Under the pieces are notes generated by a model. The model was not told the DNA's origin. It made no database searches and saw only the letters and a list, made by a program, of their open reading frames with translations. A program made the translations under genes and the position numbers. A stretch of 59,119 bases of DNA, counting the filler, from Sphacelaria rigidula (taxonomy: Eukaryota): the NCBI GenBank assembly GCA_964200075.2. It is 5 parts of 5 records of this genome, joined end to end, with 100 filler letters (N's around TTAATTAATTAA, not from the genome) between each part and the next. Parts side by side here need not be neighbours in the genome. Positions count along the whole stretch, not along the records: positions 47,378 to 59,119 come from CAXNAA020004564.1; 4 more parts are not named here. One strand, given 5' to 3'. This document shows, one piece after another, positions 50,697 to 59,119 of this stretch; positions within the stretch are counted from its first letter, which is position 1, and each line of letters starts with the position of its first letter.

Positions 50697-51103
50697 ATTG
50701 GATGAATCTTTTATTGGGGATGAGAAACCCGGAGAATTAAAAGCTTCGTATCCATACCAAATCTTGGAATTATGGTTCCATTTCTTTACCTACTGATGAT
50801 TACTGACAACTGCTACACGCCATAGAGATTTGGATTTTGATAACCGAAACGTTGGGGTCCTGGGTGAAAAACCAATTTTGAGGAATTCCGGGTGTCCAAA
50901 CGGACGCCAAAATGGTTTCGAATTGGTTTTTGACCTAGAACCCCAACATCTCGGTGGTCGAAATCCATATCTCTATGGTGTGTAGCAGTTGTCAATAGCT
51001 ATCAGTGGGTGAAAAAATGGAACCATATTTCGAAGATTTGGTGTGGATACGAAGATTTTAATTCTCCGGGTTTCTCATCCCCAATAAAAGATCAATCCCC
51101 AAT
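50697..51103. repeat. ~405-bp foldback palindrome (MITE-like)
   Basis: atcttttattggggatgagaaacccggagaattaaaa.cttcgtatcca.accaaatctt... pairs with ...aagatttggtgtggatacgaag.ttttaattctccgggtttctcatccccaataaaagat; arms ~180 bp. Confidence 0.9.
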
Positions 51104-54066
51104 TTGTAAGATCCCGTATTATATGCATAGATTCATCACGTAAATTGACATGTATTCATCCACCACGTGATTTGCTGGCTGAACACCTTGTTCGCTGGCG
51201 ACCTGTGATCGTCGCACTGTATCATTTTCACTTGCTGTCTGTTTCCTGGTGTCATATCGTGCGTGGTGAGGTACAATATCGGCTCTCGTCGGCATGGGAT
51301 GGGCTTGTTGTGCTCGACCTCGGTTTTTTGTTGGCGGGACTGATGAATAGGGTGTTCACACCTGTCTAGAGGTATGGTGTAGGAACGATGGGGGCTAGGA
51401 TCAGCATCGAGGATGCGAGACGCCACTTTCCCGTGGTCGCTTGTGTGATGTGTTGGGCCAGCCGCTTTTTTCGCGGTATAGCTTGGAGATTGGCTGCTCT
51501 CTCTACATTTCTTCAAAATGGAGGGTCGGTGCCGAGTTGGGAGTGCTACGTCGGTGCCAACTTGTTTTCCGAAACAATGAAGAGTGATAAAGGCCTACAT
51601 ATTGCCTGTCTGCCGTAAGTCGTTTATGTTCAACCGCTCATCTCGCATGTTGTTGGGCGATTCACTGGCATCGATCGGAAAGAATATTCATCGAGGGTAT
51701 GGGATAATCAGAGGCTTGCTCAAAGCATCTTCTTCCGACTTGTTTTCGCCGAAAACTCGTAACTCTGAAATGGACCCATCTTTGCATTATTTTCGGGCAA
51801 CTTCAAGCATTTGTCTTGAAGATTTCAACTTCGAGACTACTCTTCGAGGCCAATATGTGTCACCATGGTCCTCACTACAGCTCAAGTAGAATGCTAGGGC
51901 AGCGATCTTTGGTCAATGCTACGAAGAGAGGTATCGGTCTCCACGGCGCTCTCAAGGAACGGGTCGTCGGTGTAAACCCGCACCGCGTTTCCGGGAATTT
52001 CGGCCAATCTGTACAATTGGGGGTACTGATGCGCAAATGATGAGGAGTTCAGCTGGCTGTAGTACGGACCATTTGAAAACTGAGGTCTTGGGGGTGAGTA
52101 TGACATGTCGCGATTTTGTTTTCGGGGTACTCCATGGAGAATGCTGGCCCGAAGTTGGTGTATTTCCGCTCATTTATGCCGACGCGTTCTGTTTGCATCG
52201 CGCACATGTCCTCAGGCCCCTCTAGATCCACACTATTTTGGAATCCAGGGAGAAAATATTGAGGAGTCTAATTTGAGGATAGAAATTGTGATCAGATACG
52301 GTCAAGTAGCGTTCAAGTCCCAACGGGATAAACTTTTGGGACGAATGAAGCATACGTATCATTATTTTCATGGCATGCCGTAGCGCGACAGAAACAAATT
52401 GATCGTCTCAAATTTAGCCCGGCATTCAGGCCCTTTGATCGGTCGGTGTGACACCATCTCCCAAGAACGATCGTAGAAAAAGCGCTTTGCGCGAAATCGA
52501 TCTTCGAAACAGTTTCCGGGCATACTGATATAGATTCGTACTGAAGGACAGAACTTTGGTCGAAGGCGAATATACTGTAGTTAGTAGTGGCGCATAAGAG
52601 CGCGTGCGAAACTATGATACACAATACACTACAACACAGCCACACATAGGCCCGAGATCCCCCATGCTGCCGGCTAACCGCAAACCTGTAGGATGAACCC
52701 TATGCAGCTGTCGATCAACTGAGTACGATGTGCTTGCATTGTTTTTGGTCGAATGTGTTTCCAACTGAGGCGATAATATGTGTAAGAAGACGCGCGCCAA
52801 AAATGCCATGTTTACAAACGGGTCAGTATCTAAGGGCAAGTGTTAAACCGCGATATGACAAAATGACATGCACGCTGTCCCCTTACACCAATCGATACTG
52901 CAATAATTCAACAAAGAGTGATGAGTACAGAAATCCTTAGACACTAAGAGGAGCTGGTGCTAAAATGAAAAAGAACATCGGATTATTAAATATGGAGTTA
53001 AAAAAAAAATGAAGTTCGACTCAAAAGTAGTGCTTTCTTTCACCTAAATTAATGACAGATGACTTTCATATGGACGACCTCATTCCTCGCTACCTCCCCA
53101 AAATCTATTTCAGGATATTTCTAGCCCTTCGTTCCCCCGGAGGGTATGTGTACAAGCACGATTGTTTGGCCAACAAGCGTCCTTTTGTCACCCCGAAATC
53201 GAGGTAAAAATGAGGTTTCGCCCATTCCCTTTGGAGGAATGGAAGGCTCGAAACCCCCCCGGAAAGGTTTTAGGAGCCATGCTACTAGAGGAGGGGGGGG
53301 AGGGAGGGGCAGGGGTTCGATTCCACGAAAAAATGTGCTCATAGATGCGTCAAACGATTTAACACATTCGCGGTGCGTTTGAATATGGGTCAAACACACG
53401 CGGACAGATAGCACCCTGTAGGACGTGCTGCACAGTGCTCTTCACAGTCTTTTGTGAGAAACCCTGCATCGCATTTGCGAACCCTAGTACCTCTACCAGC
53501 ATTTTGCATAGCGTTTTTGTCGAAACCTTGCAAGCAACCCTGTGGAGAGGTCCTCCCAATTTTGACAATTACATTTTTTTTCTAAGATTCCGAATGATTT
53601 TATCTGTAAATACATATTTTTTTAATAGCTTCTCCTGCTGTCCGAGATGAATTTGTTTTGCCCGATTAAAATCGGGCAAAAAGGAAATTATCTCAGGAAA
53701 AGCTATTCAAAACAGATCCTGAGGGCAGGTGGCCGCTTCGGGTCCAGTTAAACATCCGAGGATACCATCGAACAGCAATACCAAACATTTCGGGAATTGG
53801 CATCACGCGATCCTCGAAGAACGGAACAGTAATCGACAAGTTACCGTTCGTATTAGAAAACAGTGCGCATGGAGCGCTTTGCAGGTTCGAAAACATCGAT
53901 TTTGATGGAACGAAACTTCTCCGGGCCCCCATTTCTGTTGTATCAGCGTGTCAAAAGTCTTTCCTCGTTCATCGATGCCTGGCTGGGGGACAGGGAAGCC
54001 GTCCTCCCTCAGATTTTGAGAGCCGTCTGCATTGTGTGGATGCAGTTGATAGTAGTCAAACTCTCT

Positions 54067-54330
54067 AGCTGAGCAATGCTACGGTAGGGGTGCACGTTTT
54101 AGCGAAATTATGTCTAGTTCAGGGGCCCCTAACAATTCAAGATGCACGAAAATATGAATAAGGATATCCTCGTTTACAAATTTATTCGGAATATCTCCGG
54201 CACATTGGAAAAGTAATCCTGCCGAACTTTCACATATTTTTATCGGTCGTGTTTTGCTTGAGATAAAGGGCTCCTAACAATTCTAACCTCGGAGCATTTT
54301 TCCGTACCCCTACCGTAGCATCACTCAGCT
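54067..54330. mobile_element. 264-bp MITE with ~25-bp TIRs
   Basis: agctgagcaatgctacggtaggggt / acccctaccgtagcatcactcagct; internal direct repeat ggg..cctaacaattc. Confidence 0.8.
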
Positions 54331-54880
54331 TTCACAGATGTTGCAACTTCCATGCGGTTTGTTACCGTGACCACCTCTGAGCAGACAGGAGTACGCGCTA
54401 GAGCAACGAAAGGTAGCTATGATCCGGTTTGCCTGCCGTACTGCCGACAGCGTCGCGTGAAAGCCACAAGACCCTTGCTGTCGGCGGTTGATGGCGTGGG
54501 TCTCGAATACAACGGCATGCGGTTGATCTTAGAGCTCTCTCGTCTCTCCTCCCAACTTTTGATAATCCATGACCTCCTGACATCGGAGTAATTATTACTT
54601 ATGGGGGAAGCTACTCGTACTGTACCGAGCTGTCCATACGACCAGCGTGTGCTGCAGATTGCATATGCGCCACGCTAGCGACACTGAGGTCACCACCATA
54701 GGTATATTTTTCCACTCCGCATGTCAAGAAGGTCTCTACAAGTGTTTGATTTCTCATACATCTCCCTCAACTGGCGTGTGGCAGGCCCTTCTGCTCGGGC
54801 ACCCGCAGTTGGGGGTAAGCGAAACTCAACGATGAATAACACCCCCTCAATTCAAATTGGATGTATCTGTTATAGCCGCA

Positions 54881-55130
54881 TGCGGCGAAATCACGCCGTC
54901 CCGATTGAACATATAGTGGATCCTGGATGATGACCAGGGGACAAGGGCATCCTGTGGATGATGACTCTTGCTGTGTAGCCCAGGCCTGATGGGACGGGGT
55001 TGTAGCTGTTTACTCCGGTAATGATGAGGTGTTGTGAAGGCTGACGACTGAGACCTTGAGGCCAGTGAAACTGGGGAGTCCCTCAACAGCATTTAGACGT
55101 TGCAGTACTAGCAACCCTGCTGGCGTCACA
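54881..55130 (+). repeat. 5' LTR
   Basis: tgcggcgaaatc...ggcgtcaca; 12 substitutions and no indels versus the 3' LTR by manual alignment. Confidence 0.95.
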
Positions 55131-55392
55131 ATATCGATATTAGTGCTAGTGCTAGGCGTGCTAGTTGGTGCTATCGTTTGAGAGTGCTGAAATGTTTTTA
55201 GCAGGGAGAGTCTGGACAGCTTGTGATTAGCTTCGGGCATAGAGCTTCATGGACGCGTAAGGAGGTTTCAAGCTGAAGTAGCTGCAAAGGCGGCTGGCCC
55301 GTGATTGATGCAGACTGGAGACTTGCTAGAGCTGCGTACAGCGGATTGTTTATAGGACCCCAGGGCTGTGGGGAGCGGCGAAGAACGCAGGT

Positions 55393-56169
55393 GTGAATCG
55401 AAGTTCGAGAAGGTTTCAGAAATCTTCGATTTTCCGCTCGAGAATGTCGACTACCGAGGTACCAGTAATAGAGCCAGCAGAGGCGACGGTAACCCCAGTC
55501 GTTCTAAGGGAAGAGTTGCGGTCGCCCAGTTACGGGAGTTTGTATTCTGAGGGTGCTTCTCGTTCGTTTTACACGAAATACGTGGAATACAAGAGGAGGG
55601 TGGAGCATGCGAATACGGGGGGTGCGGCAAGGCATCAGGTGGTATCCATGGCGAAACTCGTGCCCACCCACCTCCAACGCGTTTTTGCGAGGAGATTCCA
55701 TAAGAAACACACAAAAACGCCGCAATTGGTTGCGACGATCAGAAAGCATGCTGGGCATGTGGCTGGCCCTTGCCACTGTTGTGGCCAGGTCAGCTATTAC
55801 GCGCGGGATTACCCAGCATCTTCCGGTGGAAAGTCTGGGCAGTCTCATGCCACGCGCCATCAGCCTCGTCAGCACAAGGGCAAAATACGAGGTAGTGGTG
55901 GTGGCGGCGGCGGCGGATCCTCCAGCAGTGGAGGTGCACAGTCGAGTTCCCAGCAGCAACAGCAGCAGCAGCAACAGCAACAGCAGCAGCAGCAGCAGGG
56001 GCAGCGGCGTCAGCAGGGGTCCAGTTCTGGGTCCGGTTCAGCCGCAGAGGCTGCTGCTCCGCAACGGGCGGTGAAGGTGGGACCGACCACTCTAGTGTCG
56101 GGCTCAGTGCCAGGGCCGCCGGTAGCAGAGCAAGGCGAGACGCCTGCGGCGGAGCCAGCCGGATTTTAG
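55393..56169 (+). pseudogene. gag: Short/degenerate gag with decayed zinc knuckle and poly-Q
   Basis: CHCCGQVSYYARDY (degenerate CCHC), poly-G/S and a Q16 run; first ORF after the 5' LTR. Confidence 0.6.
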
Positions 56170-56250
56170 CTGAAATTTGGATCTGCTGCTGCGTCGGCCG
56201 GAGTACCGCTGAAATTTGGTTCTGCGGGCAGGGCTTCGTACCCGCCGGCG

Positions 56251-58690
56251 GTGCCGGTGACCCCAGCGGGGGCGTCTATGCCTGCGCCGCACGCGCAGCC
56301 GTGGCGCCAAGTGGAGATTACGGACAATCAGTCGGCGGAGCAGGTGCCGGTCGATTATCAAGGAAAATATATTCCTGCAGAGATATATCTCCCGAATCAT
56401 CGGGCACGGGGAGCCATCGCGGTAGAGGCTAAGTGGGATTCTGCCGCCCACAAGACGGATCATGTGAGTCTGTGGGTACAGATTGTAGAGATGTTGGAGC
56501 GTTTTCTCCCGGGTGTGCCGCTGCGCACTCCGTTTTCGCTCGGGGTGCGGCAGGCCGTCACCGCGTCGGATCAGAGTGTTTACGTCACAGAGCGTACGGT
56601 TCCGCTGCAGCTGACTTTGATGACTTCCTGGGGGCCGGCGTAGTTGCCTCCGATCTCGTTTACGATGATGCCGGGGTTGGATGGCGTTATTCTTCTGGGG
56701 TTGCCGATGGTTCAGGATATTGGAGTCAACGCTTGGCGGCTGTGGGACTCCATAAACACGCGGATGTCTCAACCTGGTCCACGCTTGGATACGCCCGCCG
56801 TTTTGGGTAGTCATCGCGTGAGCTTATCGGTGGATGCCTTTCAGGAGGATGGCAGGCAGGTGACCGAGGAGCGGGATACGGCGGTGGAACGCTTGGTGGA
56901 GCGCGGCCCGGAGATATGTATTGATCCGGCGGAAGAGGAGTCCGCTCGGAAAGTCGCGCTGAAGGAGAGTGTGACGGATGCTGGGGCGAACAACCTAAGC
57001 GTCTCAAAAGCGGAGCGCCTGTGCGGCATATCGCATTGCCGCGTCAACGCGTTTCGTCGTGCGCTGCGGGGTGCTCCCCCTGCGCGCGTGGAGCCCATGC
57101 GTGTCCAGGCAAAACCTGGGGCGTTCGCGGTGAAGACAAAGCCGCGGCGGTACGATCCAGTGAAGCCGAGTTGGTTGGTATTGTGCATGGCGACTCTTTT
57201 GTCGCTCGGGTTGGTGTTACAGAATTTGCAGGCAGGGTGGTCCAGTCCAGATATGGGGTTTCCGAAGAAGGCTGCATCGTGGACGGAGGGCAGGCTGCAG
57301 GCGTGGGCGGCAGCGAAGGATCTGGTGGCTCATACCGTGACACTGCTCCATCCTCGTCCTGATTGTCAGGTGCCAATGTTTCCGGATGCATTCGAGTGCC
57401 ATTGGGGTAGTTTTGTAACAGAGGTGCCTGATGCAGAAATGCAATAACGGTTGCCGGTTGAAGACACGACGCATGAACCGCTGGCTTTTCTGAGTGGTAA
57501 TTTCAAGGGTTCACAGATGCGTTGGGCAACCATTGACAAAGAAGATTTTGCTATATCGTGAGCATTTTCGTCGTCTCGAGCATCTATTATTGTGGAATGG
57601 CGTACACATTATCACGGGTCACCGAAATCTAGCGTACACTTTCAACCCGGAGGCATGCGTGACGTCTGTGTCCAAGGCGTTGGCATAACGATTGCAGGGG
57701 TGGGAAGGTGTATTAGGCCAGTACCGGTACACGATTTGTCATATTTCGAGTGAACGTAACGCGTGAGGTGACTTGCTGTCGCGCTGGGTAAATATTCCCA
57801 CTTTGCCTGCGCGGGCTGTGGCTGTGTATGGTCCGTGCGAACCTGATGACTCGATGCCGTCCAAATCTGTTTTCCGCCAAGCGCAACGAAGAGACCTTGG
57901 GGCCGAAGATGCGGATGTGTAATCTTCCGAGTCGGACGTTGGTATTGTAATTTTGGACAATGAAGGTCTGTTTCGTGTGCATGTCCGTGGTCGAAACGTT
58001 TTGTGGATTCCGAGTTCTGACAAGTAGTTGCAGGTACGTCTGATGATTTGCGCGCACATGCGCGACGCTGGGTATCGTGGTGTGGCTGCAACCCTCGTGC
58101 GCTTGCAAGAGTTTTGTGTCTGGCAGGGGATAGAAACTCATGTGCGCAAATTTGTCCGCCAGTGTCTTCACTGTGCTGACTCGAGGGCGGGCGATGTTGT
58201 TCCCCGCCCGCTCGGCGAAACGGTCCTTGTACGTGGGCGAGAGTGGCCCGCTAGCTGCCCAAGGTTTGTCGGAAGATGCGGAGTTTCGATAGATATATTT
58301 TGGTAATCATGGATGATTTGAGCAACTGTGTGGCTCTGGAACCAGTAGCAGTGGGTACTGCTGAATCGACTGCTGCGTCTTTGCTGAATTGGTGCAAAAC
58401 TTTGGGGGTGCCCCGTGTGTGGGTGAGTAATACCGACACGCATTTCAAGAATGCGATCTTGGCCCGATTGCGAGAGGCTTTGCGCATTGATCACCAGTTT
58501 GCGGTAGCGTATTCTCCGTGGTCTAACGGTACGTGCGAACGCATGGTCAAGGAGGTAGTTCGTGCTCTTCGCTCTGTTCTTCTCGAGCAGCGTAGAGCGG
58601 TTTCCGAGTGGGTGGGCGTGTTGCCGCCGGTGCAATGGGCGCTCAATACAGTGTACCGACGTCGTTATGATCGTACGCCGACAGTGAGAT
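56251..58690 (+). pseudogene. pol: Gypsy pol remnant: protease, RT N-terminal stub, RNase H, integrase
   Basis: AKWDSAA (protease-like); WSSPDMGFPKK followed directly by post-RT sequence; MFPDA..EPLAFLSG.F..SQMRWATIDKE (RNase H); AHMRDAGYRG..CLHC (HHCC); MDDLS..VSNTDTHF..SPWSNGTCER (integrase). Confidence 0.88.
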
Positions 58691-58779
58691 TCAGTCGTGA
58701 CTTGCTCAATCGTTTTGGCGTTAGTTTTCTGAGTGTCAAGCTTGTTGCTCGATTCTCGTCTAACACGCTTTGGGGGTGC

Positions 58780-59029
58780 TGTGGCGAAATCACGCCGTCA
58801 CAATTGAACATATAGTGGATCCTGGATGATGACCAGGGGACAAGGGCATCCTGTGGATAATGACCCTTGCTGTGTAGCCCAGGCCTGATGGTACGGGGTT
58901 GTAGCTGTTTACTCCGGTAACGATGAGGTGTTGTGAAGGCTGACAACTGAGACCTTGAGGCCAATGGAACTGGGGAGTCCCTCAACAGTATTTAGACGCT
59001 GCAGTACTAGCAACCCTGCTGGCGTCACA
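58780..59029 (+). repeat. 3' LTR
   Basis: tgtggcgaaatc...ggcgtcaca, 250 bp. Confidence 0.95.
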
Positions 59030-59119
59030 CGCAGCACCGCCCTTCCTGGCTTGTGTGTGACAGAGAACAGAGGTAGCGGTGACGGGAACATTGCCTATTT
59101 TTCAACGACATGTTTTTCA

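Larger units (their letters stand above)
54881..59029 (+). mobile_element. Ty3/gypsy LTR retrotransposon with both LTRs and TSD; internally deleted and non-autonomous
   Basis: Two 250-bp TG...CA LTRs, a 4-bp TSD cgca (54877-54880 and 59030-59033), PPT-like ttgggggtgc before the 3' LTR, and gag-PR-(RT stub)-RH-IN order. Confidence 0.95.

Noticed and set aside
53656-53681. 26-bp hairpin ttttgcccgatt-aa-aatcgggcaaaa resembling a terminator
   Set aside because: Eukaryotic repeat context with no upstream gene; likely a MITE remnant.

Overview
Repeat-rich eukaryotic DNA with spliceosomal GT-AG introns and roughly balanced GC. It may come from a brown alga or other stramenopile, but that is a weak inference. 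The window is not one locus. It is five pieces (1-11745, 11846-23590, 23691-35435, 35536-47277, 47378-59119; 11745, 11745, 11745, 11742 and 11742 bp) joined by identical 100-bp N/TTAATTAATTAA spacers, consistent with length-sorted unplaced contigs, so linkage across the spacers means nothing. Retroelements: a decayed Ty3/gypsy element with a long open gag (4.7-10.3 kb), a Ty1/copia pol remnant (36.3-37.8 kb), a gypsy element with both 250-bp LTRs and a CGCA TSD but a deleted RT core (54881-59029), LINE fragments that all abut poly(C), and three copies of a tRNA-derived SINE. There are also many MITEs and foldback palindromes. The most interesting object is a ~6.8-kb, multi-intron, now disabled gene on the minus strand of piece 3. 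It encodes a DUF6729-type Cys/Zn N-terminus and a Mutator/IS256/ISL3-like DDE transposase core (D...D...DxxH...E). A complete WRN-type DEDDy 3'-5' exonuclease is inserted inside the catalytic domain. No intact host gene, rRNA, true tRNA gene or CRISPR array is supported.
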